A program made the translations under genes and the position numbers. Source: an uncultured Chloroflexia bacterium (GTDB taxonomy: Bacteria > Chloroflexota > Limnocylindria > QHBO01). Taken from it: a stretch of 64,000 bases of DNA. The stretch is taken from positions 960,001 through 1,024,000 of the forward strand of contig CAWHAZ010000005.1 in assembly GCA_963827475.1 (NCBI GenBank), read 5' to 3'. Of the stretch, positions 31,425 to 42,943 are shown piece after piece (within the stretch, counting starts at the first letter, position 1; each line of letters starts with the position of its first letter). The notes under the pieces are model-generated. The model was not told where the DNA came from. It did not search any database and saw only the letters and a program-made list of their open reading frames with translations.

Positions 31425-34317
31425 TCAGGCGTCGGCCAGGGCGAGGACCGGTTCCTCCTCGGCGGTCTCGGTCGGGTCGACTTTGACCACGCGATACCCG
31501 GCGCCATCGGCCGACACGAGGCGGTCCATGCGGTCCCAGTCGGTCCCGACTTTGAGATCCACGGTGAGCGGAACGTCGAGCGGCAGCGCCGCCTCCATCG
31601 TGGTCGCGGCCAGCGCGGCGAGCTCGTCCCGCTCGTCGGCATCGGTCTCGAACACCAGCTCGTCATGGACCTGGAGCAGCATCTGCGAGCGCAGTTCGCG
31701 CTCTCGCATGGCGGCGTCGAGGCGGACCATGGCCAGCTTGATGCCGTCGGCAGCCGTGCCCTGGATCGGCATGTTGATCGCCATCCGCTCCCCCGCGGCC
31801 CGCAGCGCGCTGTTGCGGGCGGTGAGCTCCGGAAGGTAGCGCCGGCGGCCGAGCAGGGTCGTGACGTACCCCTGGTCGCGGGCGAGGATCCGGATCTCGA
31901 CGGTGTAGCGGCGGATGCCCTCGTAGGCCGCGAAGTAGTCGTTGATGAACTGGCGTGCCGTCTCGCGGTCGATGTGCAGCCGCTCGGCGAGGCCGAAGTC
32001 GCTCATCCCGTAGGCCACCCCGAAGTTCACCATCTTGGCCATCGACCGCTGCTCGGAGGTCACCTGCTCGGGCGGGATGCCGAGCACCCGGGCCGCAGTC
32101 GAACGGTGGATGTCCTCCCCCGCCGCGAACGCGGCCTTCAGCCCGGCGTCGCCCGACACGTGGGCCAGGATCCGCAGCTCGACCTGCGAGTAATCCGCCG
32201 CCAACAGGAGCTTTCCCGGCGGCGGCGACGAAGACGCTGCGGATGCGCCGGCCGAGGGCGGTTCGGATCGGGATGTTCTGGAGGTTGGGGTCGGTGCTCG
32301 ACAGCCGACCGGTGGCGGCCACCGCCTGGGAGTAGGTGGTGTGCAGCCGGCCGTCGGCACCCACCAGGCCCGGCAGCGCATCGGCGTAGGTCGACTTCAG
32401 CTTCGCGAGCTGGCGGTGCTCGAGGATCATGGCCACCACCGGGTGCTGCGCCTTCAGCTCCTCGAGGACGGAGGCATCGGTCGATCGGGCGGTCTTCGTG
32501 CGCTTCGTCGATGGCAGGCTCAGCTCGTCGAACAGGATCTGCTCCAGCTGGCGCGGCGAACCGATGTTGAACTCGTGCCCGACCGATTCGAAGATCCGCG
32601 TCTCGAGCCCGGCGAGCTGCTCCGCGAACTGCTCGGACATGGCCCGCAGCGCGTCGCGGTCGATGAGCACGCCGGCCACCTCCATCCGGGCCAGGACCGG
32701 AAGCAGCGGCATCTCGATCTCACGGAACAGTCCTCCCAGACCGATCTCGTCGAGCTCGGCCAAGAGCGCCGGAGCAGCCAGCAAAGCCGTGAGCGCCTCG
32801 GCGGCGGCCCGCCGAGCGACCGGAAGCTCCTCCGTCCCCGACTCCGGGGTCACGGCTCGATCGGGCAGGGTCGCCTCGAAGCGGTTCGCGGCAAGGTCGT
32901 CGATCGACTGGGCCCGCAGCGCTGGATTGAGGAGGTAGCTGGCGACCAGCGTGTCGCGGTTCTCCCCCGCCACCTCGTGCCCGCGCTGCAGCAGCTTGGT
33001 ATGCAGCGGCTTCAGGTCGTGACCGATGAGCGGGCGGTCGTCGCGGGTGAACCAGCGCGGCAGTGGGTCATCGCCACCGGCTCGCAGGTACCAGGTCGTG
33101 CCGTCCGTCCCGGCCAGGGCGATGCCGAGCAGCGGGCGCTCGACGAGTCTGCCGCTCCCTGCGGCCCAGCCGATGCCGACGTCGTCACCGTGCGCCGCCA
33201 GCCAGGCCTCCACCTCGAGCCGGTCCGCGTCGTCGACGACGACCCTCGGGTCGACGTGCTCGATCGCCCCCTTCGCGTCCGATCGCGGGTCCGGGAGGCC
33301 GGCCGCGCTCCGTCGCCGCTCGTGCACGACCGGCGTCTCACCGGTCTTCACCACCTGTGCCGGTGGCCGCGCTCCCCCAAGGAGGTCGAGGGACAGCTGC
33401 ATGCCGCCGTGGTCGTCGCCCTCGTCGGGCATCGACGACCCGCCGATGGTCGGCGGCAGGCGATCGATGAGCGATCGGAACTCCAGCTCGCGGAACCGCT
33501 GGGCCAGGGCCCGCCGGTCGTAGCGACCCGTCCGAGCCGCCTCAAGGTCGAGCGTCAGAGGCAGGTCGGTCACGATCCGGCCCACCTCCCGCGAGGTGAA
33601 CGCGTCGTCCCGGTGCTCCGCCAGCCGCTCGCGGAGCTTGCCCTTCACCTCGTCCAGGCGCTCGTAGATGGCGTCGAGCGTCCCGAACTCCTGGAGCAGG
33701 GCAATCGCGGTCTTCTCGCCCACGCCCGGCACGCCGGGGAGGTTGTCCGAGGTGTCCCCCTTGAGCGCCTTGTAGTCGAGCATCTGGTCCGGCCGCAGCC
33801 CGTAGCGCTCCGTCACCCGGTCCGGGTCGTACACCACCGTGGAGGCGACGCCCATCCGGGTCGTGAGCAGGCGCACGTGGTCGTTCACCAGCTGCAGCCC
33901 GTCGAGGTCCCCCGACACCATGACCGTGTCGACGCCCGCGGCCGTCGCGTGCTGGACGAGGGTGCCGATGACGTCGTCCGCCTCGTAGCCCTCGGCCTCG
34001 ACGATCGGCATGCCCATCCCGGTCACCACCTCGCGCACGATCGGGAACTGGCTGCGCAGGTCGTCCGGCATCGACGGCCGGCCGGCCTTGTAGTCGGGAT
34101 AGGCGACGAACCGGAAGTTCGGCCGACCGAGATCGAAGGTGACGATCGCGTAATCGGGCTTCAGGTCCGCCATGCCGCGGAGCACGATCTGGAGGAATCC
34201 GAAGGCAGCGTTGACCAGCGTTCCGTCCGAGGTCGTCAGTGGCGGAAGGGCGAAATAGCCGCGATAGACGAGGCTCGGACCGTCGATGAGCATCAGGATC
34301 GGACGACGATCCGGCAT
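31425..34317 (-). CDS. polA: DNA polymerase I (frameshift near 32215)
   Basis: 5'-3' exonuclease (LIDG, YEADD, GDTSDN), TGRLSS.DPNLQNIP, ADYSQVELR, AK.VNFG..YG, QVHDEL. Confidence 0.96.
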
Positions 34318-34389
34318 GGGGGGAGTCTAGACCGCAGCGACCGGTGAGCGGCCCCGGAGCGGCCGGGAAGCGGCCGCTAGAATCCGTGG

Positions 34390-34890
34390 ATGCCCAGCGG
34401 AACGGTGCGCGACCCCTACGCGGTGCTCGGCGTCTCCCGCGAGGCCACGACGAAGCAGGTTGCTGCCGCCCACCGGCGGCTCGCCAAGTCGCACCACCCC
34501 GACCTCCACGCAGGTGGCCCCGAGGCCGCCGCGCGCATGCGCGAGATCAACGAGGCGTGGGAGGTGCTTTCGTCGGCGCAGCGGCGAGCGGCGTGGGACC
34601 TCGAGCACCCGTGGAGCGGCACGGCGGCCACCAGCCACTGGCGTGGAGGCCGTCAGCCGATCGAGACCGGATCCTCGGTGAGCGCCCAGGTTTCGACCCC
34701 GTGGCGTACCGCGTCCGGCGACCCGCGCAGCGCGCGTCGCGGTCGGTTGCGGGTGAGCCCGCGGCCCCCGCGGGTCGAGGCGGCGCCGAAGACCTTCCTG
34801 GAAACGGGCTGGGCGGCCGTGATCGTCGGCGTGGTGGCGGTGGCTATCCTGACCGCGGCGATTGTGGCCGGGCGGCTGATCGGCGCCTAG
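34390..34890 (+). CDS. J-domain protein with C-terminal TM helix
   Basis: DPYAVLGV...HHPD...INEAWEVL; hydrophobic C-terminus. Confidence 0.85.
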   Translation: MPSGTVRDPYAVLGVSREATTKQVAAAHRRLAKSHHPDLHAGGPEAAARMREINEAWEVLSSAQRRAAWDLEHPWSGTAATSHWRGGRQPIETGSSVSAQVSTPWRTASGDPRSARRGRLRVSPRPPRVEAAPKTFLETGWAAVIVGVVAVAILTAAIVAGRLIGA

Positions 34891-35573
34891 CGGGTCACCC
34901 GCTTCGGAGCGGCAGCCCGGAGCACGAACGCGAGAACCAACAGACCGAGGCCGACCGCTCCCAGCACGAGCCAGACGGTCGTTCCGGCGGTCTCCATCTC
35001 CAGGTCATTGCCGCTCGTGGTCGGCTCTCCTTCGCTCCCCTGGTCATCCTCGCCGGCCGCTTCCTGCCCCGCCGGCGTGGGGCCCATCGCCCCCACCCCG
35101 CTGTCAGTGACTCGGTCAGTTGGCGACTCCGCGACCAGCGGTGACGCTCCGCCGTCGTCGGTGGTGATCTCCGGCTCCTCTCCGCCGTCGAGGCGTTGCA
35201 CGACGGGCGCGAGGTTGAACAGTCGCTGGGCATCGGCCGGCCCGAGCGCGCCGGTGGCCCCCACCCCTCCCACGAGTAGGAGGACCATGCCGGCCACTGC
35301 CAGTGGGGCGAACGCCCGGCGGAAGGTGACCCGCCACCCCGATGAGGTGGGAGCGGCAACGGGTGGCACATACTGCAGCGGCCGAGACGGGGTCAGGTCG
35401 GGCAGTTGCGCCAGCGCCATGCGCATGGCACCCAACTCGCGGACCTGGCGGTCGCACGTGGCGCAGCTCGCGACGTGCTCCGTCAAACCACGGTCGGCCC
35501 GGGCATCGGCATCGTCGCCGCCCAGGGCCGCCAGGCGCTCCGGATCGGGATGGGCAGCGTGCATCATGGTCAT
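34887..35573 (-). CDS. Zinc-binding anti-sigma factor (ZAS) with two TM helices
   Basis: H...HVASCATC (HxxxCxxC) motif directly downstream of an ECF sigma factor. Confidence 0.8.
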   Translation of the reverse strand: MTMMHAAHPDPERLAALGGDDADARADRGLTEHVASCATCDRQVRELGAMRMALAQLPDLTPSRPLQYVPPVAAPTSSGWRVTFRRAFAPLAVAGMVLLLVGGVGATGALGPADAQRLFNLAPVVQRLDGGEEPEITTDDGGASPLVAESPTDRVTDSGVGAMGPTPAGQEAAGEDDQGSEGEPTTSGNDLEMETAGTTVWLVLGAVGLGLLVLAFVLRAAAPKRVTR

Positions 35574-35586
35574 CGGTCAGACGCCC

Positions 35587-36198
35587 TCAGCCTTCGAACA
35601 GTTCCCGCTGGTCGGCCAGCAGCTCGCGCAGGCGGAGCCGTCCGCGGTGGATCCGCGATTTCACCGTGCCGACGGGCGACTGAATGACCACCGACACCTC
35701 GTGGTAGTCCATGCCGTACACGTCGCACAGGATGACGGCCGTGCGCTGGTCCTCCGGCAGGAGCCGGAGGGCGGCATCCAGCGCGCGATACAGCTCCGAT
35801 CGCGCGGCCTCCGCGACGGGGTTCACGCCGAACGGGTCGGGAATGTCGGCCTCGCCCTCCTCGGGCTCCGGCAGCGGGCTGGTCGGCCGGCGCTGGGAGC
35901 GGCGGAGGATGTCGTAGGCCGCGTTGGCGGTGATCCGCATCAGCCACGATCGAAAGACGCCGCCCCGAAACGACGCGAGGTGGTCGTAGGCATGAATGAA
36001 GGCGTCCTGGGTGGCGTCAGCCGCGAGGTCCCGGTCCCCCAGGAGGCGCCAGGCGAGGCCGTAGCAGGCCCCCTGGTAGTGCTCCATCAGGCGGGCGAAG
36101 GCGGACCGATCCCCGGCCACGGCGGCGGCCACGACCGCGGGCTCGTCGGCCAACGGGCTGGTCCGCGTGACCGGGCGGCTCGGGTCGGGGTCCGACAT
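35587..36198 (-). CDS. ECF RNA polymerase sigma factor
   Basis: GDRSAF..L, DATQDAF, FRSWL.RIT.N, LPEDQR, GTVKSRIHRGR. Confidence 0.93.
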   Translation of the reverse strand: MSDPDPSRPVTRTSPLADEPAVVAAAVAGDRSAFARLMEHYQGACYGLAWRLLGDRDLAADATQDAFIHAYDHLASFRGGVFRSWLMRITANAAYDILRRSQRRPTSPLPEPEEGEADIPDPFGVNPVAEAARSELYRALDAALRLLPEDQRTAVILCDVYGMDYHEVSVVIQSPVGTVKSRIHRGRLRLRELLADQRELFEG

Positions 36199-36225
36199 CG
36201 GCTTTCTATAATCACACCCCGCATG

Positions 36226-36312
36226 GCCGGAGTGGCGGAACTGGCAGACGCGTCGGTCTCAAACACCGATGTCCGCAAGGACGTGTGAGTTCAAATCTCA
36301 CCTCCGGCACCA
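36226..36312 (+). tRNA. tRNA-Leu(CAA)
   Basis: GCCGGAGTGGCGGAACTGGCAGACGCG-TCGGT-CT-CAA-AC-ACCGA...GAGTTCAAATCTC...CACCA; TATAAT just upstream. Confidence 0.95.
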
Positions 36313-36332
36313 TCCAATCTCAGGAGATCACG

Positions 36333-36896
36333 ATGCGCGTCTCGGTCAGCCCGGAGGAGATCAAGTCCGCGTTCGAAGCCGTGAAGGACGATCCCTCGTT
36401 CGACGAGAGCCGCGGCCTCTGGGAGCGGGGCCGGCCGCCGGTCGAAATGATCCAGGCCATGTGCCTGCGGCCCGAGATCCTGCGCGCGTTCGCGGGGTTC
36501 GGGAACGCCGTCTACCCCGGCGGCATCCTCGAGCGGCGCGTGAAGGAGCTCGTGATCATCACCGCCTCGCAGGCGAACGAATGCCAGTTCTGCACGCTCT
36601 CGCACGTCGACCTCGTCGGCATCGCGGACATCATCACGGAGCCGCTGATCGCCATCGAGCAGACCGATTCCCTGGCTCCCCGGGAACGCATCGCCGTCGA
36701 ATACACGCGCGCCGCGATGGCGGATTCGAATGCCGTTCCGGAACCGCTGGCCGAGCAGCTGCAGGAGCATTTCACCGATCCGGAGATCGTCGAGCTCTCG
36801 TTCCTGATCGGCTATATCAACATGCTGAACCTGTTCAACAACCTGCTGGAGGTGCGGTACCACGGCGACTACGCGATCCTGGCCGCCTCCACCTGA
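36333..36896 (+). CDS. Carboxymuconolactone decarboxylase/AhpD family protein
   Basis: KELVI...SQANECQFCTLSH, EIVEL...G.INMLN.FN; AGGAGA SD. Confidence 0.88.
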   Translation: MRVSVSPEEIKSAFEAVKDDPSFDESRGLWERGRPPVEMIQAMCLRPEILRAFAGFGNAVYPGGILERRVKELVIITASQANECQFCTLSHVDLVGIADIITEPLIAIEQTDSLAPRERIAVEYTRAAMADSNAVPEPLAEQLQEHFTDPEIVELSFLIGYINMLNLFNNLLEVRYHGDYAILAAST

Positions 36897-36905
36897 CCCG
36901 CACGG

Positions 36906-37505
36906 GTGAGCGCACCGGAGTGGGCATCCGAGCTGGCGGCCCGGGTCTGCGCCGACGCCGGCGTGGCGCCTCCGCATCTCTCGTGGCGTCGTCGGACCGG
37001 TGAGCATTCGAGCGGGCTCACCCGGCGCGACCGAGGGACGATCGCCGTGCGGGCCGGGACCGACCCGGTCGACCAACGACTGACGCTCCTGCACGAGCTG
37101 GCCCACTGGACCTCACCGCCGCCGCGGCGCTCGCGCCGCGGCCGCGCCGAGCATCACGGGCGTGACTTCTACGTCGTGGCATTCGACCTCTATCGCCGTC
37201 ACGGCATCACGGACGCCGATGCCATACGGCTCGAGTCAGGCCGCTACCGGAGCGCCCTCCGCCATGGCGCCGCCCTCGGCGTTCCGGGCGCCGCGGAGGC
37301 CCTCGGCGCCCACACGGCCAGGCTGCGCGCCCGGCCACGCCGGCGCTGGACCGTGCTCGTGGCCGAGCACGCGGTGCGCCTGCGTCGACAGGGACGGTGG
37401 CACGTGTGCGAGACCTGCGGTCAGCGCGTGGTCGGGATCACGCTCGCCCGCGTACGCCGCGGCCGACGACCCGTGCGACACGTCCTCCTCGCGCCGTCGA
37501 CCTAG
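36906..37505 (+). CDS. Basic HExxH zinc metalloprotease-like protein (SprT-like)
   Basis: TLLHELAHW, HHGRDF, C-terminal CETC; Arg-rich. Confidence 0.6.
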   Translation: MSAPEWASELAARVCADAGVAPPHLSWRRRTGEHSSGLTRRDRGTIAVRAGTDPVDQRLTLLHELAHWTSPPPRRSRRGRAEHHGRDFYVVAFDLYRRHGITDADAIRLESGRYRSALRHGAALGVPGAAEALGAHTARLRARPRRRWTVLVAEHAVRLRRQGRWHVCETCGQRVVGITLARVRRGRRPVRHVLLAPST

Positions 37506-37512
37506 CGCGTCC

Positions 37513-38425
37513 TCAGCCGGCGGCGACCGCGGGCACGCCGAGGCGCTCGCGCGCCAGGGCAGCGGCTTCTCCCAGCCGTGCCACCGCGGTGGGCGTGCGC
37601 GGGAACAGGTGCACGATCAGGTGGGAGATGTCCAGCTCGGCATAGCCAGTCAGGGCGTCCGCAATCTCCGACGTCGTGCCGCGGATGGCCCGTTCTGGCG
37701 CGTCGTCATCGGCGTCCTCGTACGCGACGAAGATGCCCGCGGTCAGCGCCAACGTCGCCGGGTCCCGACCGGCCGCCTCCAGCGCGCCACGGACGTTGGC
37801 CAGACGGGTGCGGAGCTCGTCGGCCTGGTCCGGGAACCCGTACCAGGCGCCGTTCCATTGGGCGGCATGCTCCGCGACGAGTCGGAGCATGCGCGGCTGC
37901 TTGCCGGCGATGAGGATCGGCGGACCGCCGTCGCGCACGGGGCGCGGGAGGAGCTCCACGTTCTCGACGCGGTGCCAGCGACCCTCGAACGTGACGGACT
38001 CCCCTCGCAGGAGCCGAGCGATGATCTTCACGCCCTCCTCGAAGCGACCGACACGGTGATCGAACGGGTAGCCGAACGCGTCGAACTCGGGCTCGTGCCA
38101 GCCGCACCCCAGGCCGAGGATGAGCCGGCCACCACTGACCTCGTCCAGCTCCGCAGCCATCTTCGCCGTGAGCGCCGGGCTGCGGAACGGCAGCGCGAGC
38201 ACCAGCGGACCGATCTCGACCCGCGAGGTCACCGCAGCGACGGCGGTCAGCACGGTCCAGCATTCGTGGATCCCCACCGTCTCGTTTTCATCACGGAAGA
38301 TGAGGTGGTCGGCTCCCCAGACCGAGTCGAGACCGGACACTTCCGCCTCCAATCGCGAGCGCGCGGAGGTCCTCGAATCCGCCGGTCTCGTCGGCAGCGA
38401 GTGGGAGCATGAGCCCGATCTTCAT
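37513..38425 (-). CDS. LLM-class flavin-dependent oxidoreductase (frameshift near 38355)
   Basis: MKIGLMLP start, DSVW.ADH, R.PAL.AKMAA.LDEVSGGRLILGLG.GW. Confidence 0.88.
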
Positions 38426-38626
38426 CGGCCCATGCTAATTCGCGTCCCACCCGCGAATTGGCGTTGCCGGGAGGCATCACTTCTTGGCCCGAGGACCTTC
38501 CCCTGCACGGAGCGCAGCGCTAGGCTCCGAGCGTCGCCCCGGGAGGAGAACCATGTGCCCGCCCCGTCTCTTTGACTCGCGTCCGTCGAGTCGACCGTCC
38601 ATGACCCCGACAGCTGTGGCCGCGCC

Positions 38627-39007
38627 ATGACCAGGCACGACCTCGTCGGCATCTCCAGCATCGTCGTCGCTGCCGGCTACGGCATGTTTGCGCTGTTCCT
38701 GCTCCGATTCGAAGCGCCGCTGGGCCCGGTGCTCCTCGAGTACGTCCTTCCGGCGACCGTGGCGCTCGGCGCCGGAATCGCCACCGCGAAGGGGCATTAC
38801 TGGGGACCGATCCTCATCGCCCTCCTGGCCGCCACGCTCGCGATCTGGCTGGTCGCCCCGCTGGCGCCGTTCTTCACCGCCGCTCTGCTGGCAGTGACCG
38901 CGTTGGCGGTGCTGGACGCCCTTCTGCTGTGGCGGAGCCGTCCGAAGAGTGCGCCGACGCGGGCGCCGGAGCTCCGACCGGCCCGGGAGCCGGTGGAACC
39001 CGCCTGA
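38627..39007 (+). CDS. Small hypothetical membrane protein (about 4 TM)
   Basis: Hydrophobic ORF with GC3-biased codons. Confidence 0.6.
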   Translation: MTRHDLVGISSIVVAAGYGMFALFLLRFEAPLGPVLLEYVLPATVALGAGIATAKGHYWGPILIALLAATLAIWLVAPLAPFFTAALLAVTALAVLDALLLWRSRPKSAPTRAPELRPAREPVEPA

Positions 39008-39104
39008 CGTCCCGGCCAGGCCCGGCAGCCCCGGCCGGAGGTACTCGGCGCCGACGAAGATCAGGCTAGGTTGCGCGGCTGGTGGGCCGCAGTAGCGTGG
39101 CGCA

Positions 39105-39590
39105 ATGCGCACCTCGATGGCGCCCGTTGCGGACGCCGCCGAAGCGCAGGACCTGCAGCCAATTCGTCTCTACCTGGCCGAAATGGTCCTGGTCGCATCG
39201 GTCAGTCCCGGCGAAGAGCGGATGACGGACATCCTGAACCACGGCGGTGAGCTGCGCGTCCTGCCGGCAGGGGCACAACCGTGGGATCCGGACAGCTGGC
39301 TCTACGTGCGGATCGACGAGGCACAGCTGATCGTCCCGCCGAGGCACGTCAGCCCGCAACACAAGCGCCAGGAGCGCTACCGGCACCCGGTCCACCTGCG
39401 AGTCGGCGAGTGGGACGTTCAGGGCACCGCCCACCTCAAGCCGGGAGCCGAGCAGGATCCGGTCCTCCTCTCGACCCACCCCTTCCTGCCGCTGACCGAT
39501 GTGACCATGGCGTCCACCGATCACCCGTGGCCGGAGACGTACGAGGTCGTCATCGTCAACCTGCGACACGCGGAGTTCGTCGACGACTGA
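39105..39590 (+). CDS. Hypothetical protein, DUF6812-like
   Basis: RMTDILN...G..HL....FLPLTD...VIVN pattern, recalled rather than searched; TAGCGT -10 box 6 nt upstream. Confidence 0.55.
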   Translation: MRTSMAPVADAAEAQDLQPIRLYLAEMVLVASVSPGEERMTDILNHGGELRVLPAGAQPWDPDSWLYVRIDEAQLIVPPRHVSPQHKRQERYRHPVHLRVGEWDVQGTAHLKPGAEQDPVLLSTHPFLPLTDVTMASTDHPWPETYEVVIVNLRHAEFVDD

Positions 39591-39728
39591 CCTTCCCACG
39601 CGGCGGAGGATAAAGGGACCTCAACCGATCCTTCGCCGTGCGCCTGTTGCGCTGGCGCCGTTGCCTCGATAGCCTTACCCGCCGAAATTCAATTCTCGTC
39701 GCTGCTGCCCGTCCATCGAGGAGATTCC

Positions 39729-40889
39729 GTGATCACCCGTACCTCTCTGCACCGCGGCGCCGCTGTGCCGGCCGCGACCCTTCTGCTTCTGCTTGCCCTC
39801 GCGCCGGCCATGGCCGGCGGGGGGCTCGTGCTGAGCACCCCGTTCCCGGCCGTGTCGGTCGCCCCCGGCACCGACGTTCGATTCGACATCTCCGTCAGCG
39901 CCGCGGCCAACACCCGCGTCGCGCTCGGCGTGTCCGGCACGCCGGACGGCTGGACCTCGACCCTGCGCGGCGGCGGGTTCGTCGTCGACGCGGTCCAGAC
40001 CGATTCGGCGGGCGCAGCCACGGTCGAGCTCACGGTGGCCGTGCCGGCCGACGCGACGGCCGGAACCTCCCAGATCACCATCACCGGGTCTGGCGGTGGC
40101 TCGGCGAGTCTCCCGCTCGACATCCGGGTCAGTGACGAGGCCGCCGGCGCGGTGACCATGGACACCGACTTCCCGTCGCTGCGCGGCGCGGCCGGCACGA
40201 CGTTCACCTTCAACCTGACCCTCAGCAACGACACCGCCGAGGACCAGACGTTCGCCGTGACGGCCATCGGGCCCGACGGCTGGGGCGTGAACGCGACCCT
40301 GACCGGGCAGGCCCAGGCGGCCAGTGCCGTGGTCGAGGCGGGCGGCACGTCCGGGATCACGGTCAGCGCCGTCTCGCCCGAGACGGTCGAGGCCGGCACC
40401 TATCCCATCCAGGTGCGGGCCACCGTCGGCGATCAGACGATCGACGGCGAGCTGAGCGTCGAGATCACCGGCACGAACCTGCTGACCCTGACCACGCCCG
40501 ATGGCTCGCTGAGCAACCGCGGGTCATCTGGCGGGACGATCACCCAGCAGCTGGTCCTCGTGAACGATGGGACGGCCGACCTGACCGACGTCCAGATCAC
40601 GGCCACGACGCCCCGGGACTGGACGGTGACCTACGACCCCGCCGACACGCTGGCCACCCTGGCCGCCGGGGAGTCGGCCACGGTCACCGCCTCGATCGTG
40701 CCCTCCAACGACGCGGTCGCCGGCGACTACGTCGTGACCTTCTCGGCCGCCGGCGGGGACGTTTCGGACGAGATCGAGATCCGGGTCACGATCGAGACCT
40801 CGCCGCTGTGGGGCTTCGTCGGCATCGGTCTGATCGTGGCCGTCCTGGCCGGCCTGTGGTGGGTCTTCCGGACCTACGGCCGGCGGTGA
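39729..40889 (+). CDS. Surface protein with three NEW3/Ig-like domains, signal peptide and C-terminal TM helix
   Basis: Repeated P.GW, AG.Y.I.V.A, and [11 protein letters not shown]...L.AGES.TV.A.I.P...AVAGDY; followed by an ABC pair. Confidence 0.82.
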   Translation: MITRTSLHRGAAVPAATLLLLLALAPAMAGGGLVLSTPFPAVSVAPGTDVRFDISVSAAANTRVALGVSGTPDGWTSTLRGGGFVVDAVQTDSAGAATVELTVAVPADATAGTSQITITGSGGGSASLPLDIRVSDEAAGAVTMDTDFPSLRGAAGTTFTFNLTLSNDTAEDQTFAVTAIGPDGWGVNATLTGQAQAASAVVEAGGTSGITVSAVSPETVEAGTYPIQVRATVGDQTIDGELSVEITGTNLLTLTTPDGSLSNRGSSGGTITQQLVLVNDGTADLTDVQITATTPRDWTVTYDPADTLATLAAGESATVTASIVPSNDAVAGDYVVTFSAAGGDVSDEIEIRVTIETSPLWGFVGIGLIVAVLAGLWWVFRTYGRR

Positions 40890-41881
40890 CCGAGGCGGAG
40901 GCGCGGCCCGCGCCGATCGTCACCCGCGGGCTGACGAAGCAGTACGGCGACCTGACCGCCGTCGACGGCCTCGACCTCGAGGTCCGTCGGGGTGAGATCT
41001 TCGGCCTGCTGGGCCAGAACGGCGCCGGCAAGACGACCACCATCCTCATGCTGCTCGGCCTGAGCGAGCCGACCGATGGGACCGCCCGGGTCCTGGGCTA
41101 CGACCCGGCCCACGACGCGCTCCAGGTCAAGCGCCGGGTCGGTTACCTGCCGGACAGCGTCGGCTTCTACGACGACCTCACCGGGCGCGAGAACCTGCGC
41201 TACACCGCGCGTCTCAACGGGCTGCGCGGGGAGGACGCGGAGGAGCAGATCCAGCGGGTCACCGAGGCGGTGGAGATGGTCGACCGGATCGACACCCCGA
41301 CCGGGACGTACTCGCGGGGCATGCTCCAGCGGCTCGGAATCGCGGATGCCCTGGTCAAGGACCCCGAGATCCTCATCCTCGACGAGCCGACGACCGCCAT
41401 CGACCCCATCGGCGTGGTCGGCATCCTTGCCCTGCTTCGCAACCTCGTCGACGAGCGGGGCGTGACCATCCTGCTGTCGAGCCACCTCCTGGTCCAGGTC
41501 CAATCGGTCTGTGACCGGGTCGGCATCTTCGCGGCCGGTCGGATGATCGGCCTCGGGACGGTGCCCGAGCTCGCTGCCGAGTTCGGCGCTGATCAGGCCC
41601 GGGTCGAGGTCTCGTTCGAGGGCGCCGACGGGCCGACCTCGGACCGGATCCGAACGACACTGGCAAACATCCCGAACGTGACCTCGGTGGAGGCAGGAGC
41701 CGGTCCCGAGGAGCCATGGGTCCTGGCCGTCGAGCCGGCGACCGCCGACCGCCAGGTACGGGAGGCCGTGCTCGGAACGGCGGCCAGCGACCAGCTGGGG
41801 CTGACCGCGATCCGCTCGGTCAGCGCCTCGCTCGACGAGATCTATCGACGCGCGCTGCACACCTCGGGTCTGGCCGCATGA
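40886..41881 (+). CDS. ABC transporter ATP-binding protein
   Basis: [28 protein letters not shown]; GTGA overlap with the upstream gene. Confidence 0.92.
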   Translation: MTEAEARPAPIVTRGLTKQYGDLTAVDGLDLEVRRGEIFGLLGQNGAGKTTTILMLLGLSEPTDGTARVLGYDPAHDALQVKRRVGYLPDSVGFYDDLTGRENLRYTARLNGLRGEDAEEQIQRVTEAVEMVDRIDTPTGTYSRGMLQRLGIADALVKDPEILILDEPTTAIDPIGVVGILALLRNLVDERGVTILLSSHLLVQVQSVCDRVGIFAAGRMIGLGTVPELAAEFGADQARVEVSFEGADGPTSDRIRTTLANIPNVTSVEAGAGPEEPWVLAVEPATADRQVREAVLGTAASDQLGLTAIRSVSASLDEIYRRALHTSGLAA

Positions 41882-42916
41882 CCACCGCCGAAGCGAGCCC
41901 CCGACGCGACCCCGGCCGCCGAGCCCCAGGTCGCGGCACCGCCAAGCTCCGGCTGGAGGGTGGTCGCGGCGAAGGAGTTCGCGGACCAGCTGCTGAGCCT
42001 CCGCTTCATCGTCCTGTTCGTGATCCTCGGCCTGGCCGCTGCCATCCCCCTGTTCATCGCCGCCGAGCAGATTCGGAGCCTGGCCGAGGACGTGAGCGGG
42101 GCGCAGGCCGTGTTCATCGCCATGTTCATCATCGGTCCACCCGACTTCGCGATCTTCGGGCTCGACTTCACGGTTGCCGCCTTCGTCGGGCTGGCCGCGC
42201 CCCTGCTCGGCATCGCGTTCGCGTTCGATGCGGTCAACGGCGAGCGGGCGCAGGGCACCCTGCCGCGCCTCGTTTCGCAGCCGATCCACCGCGACGCGGT
42301 GATCAACGGCAAGTTCGGCGCCGCGCTGGTGACGATCTCGCTGGTCCTGATCTCGGTCGTGGTGATGATCGGTGGATTCGGGCTGCTGCGGCTGGGCGTG
42401 GTGCCGACCGCGTCGGAGCTGCTTCGCCTGATCGCGTGGGTCGGCCTCACCCTCGTCTACGTCGCCATGTGGCTGGCCTTCGGGATGCTGCTGTCGGTCG
42501 TGTTCCGGCGTGCGGCAACCGCGGCCCTGGTGGGCTTCGGGGTGTGGCTGCTCGTCGCCCTGTTCGGGCGCTTCCTGCTCAACCTCGCCCTGGCCATCGT
42601 CTTCCCGGTCAACACCGCCCTGCCCGCCGCCGAGCAGCTGGCCTCCTACCAGTGGCACGCCCTGCTGAACCGGCTCCTGCCGCCGACCCTCTACACGGAG
42701 GCGTCGACGGTGCTCCTGAACCCGTCCGTGACACAGACCTCCGTGCCCGCCACCCTGGGCGAGCTCGACCAGGCGCAGCAGCAGATCCCCACCCTCCTGT
42801 CCCTGGATCAGAGCCTGCTCCTGGTCTGGCCCCACGTCGTGGCCCTCGTCGCGATCACGGTCATCTGCTTCGCCTACGCCTACATCCGCTTCATGCGGGA
42901 GGAGGTTCGGGCCTAG
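41878..42916 (+). CDS. ABC-2 type permease (frameshift near 41900)
   Basis: [41 protein letters not shown]. Confidence 0.88.
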
Positions 42917-42943
42917 CCGAGCACCGTGCTAGGCTCCCCGCCG

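Noticed and set aside
39601-39638. Hairpin CGGCGGAGGAT...ATCCTTCGCCG as a riboswitch
   Set aside because: It follows a stop codon and precedes the next -10-like box, and no aptamer consensus was recognised; probably a terminator-like stem.
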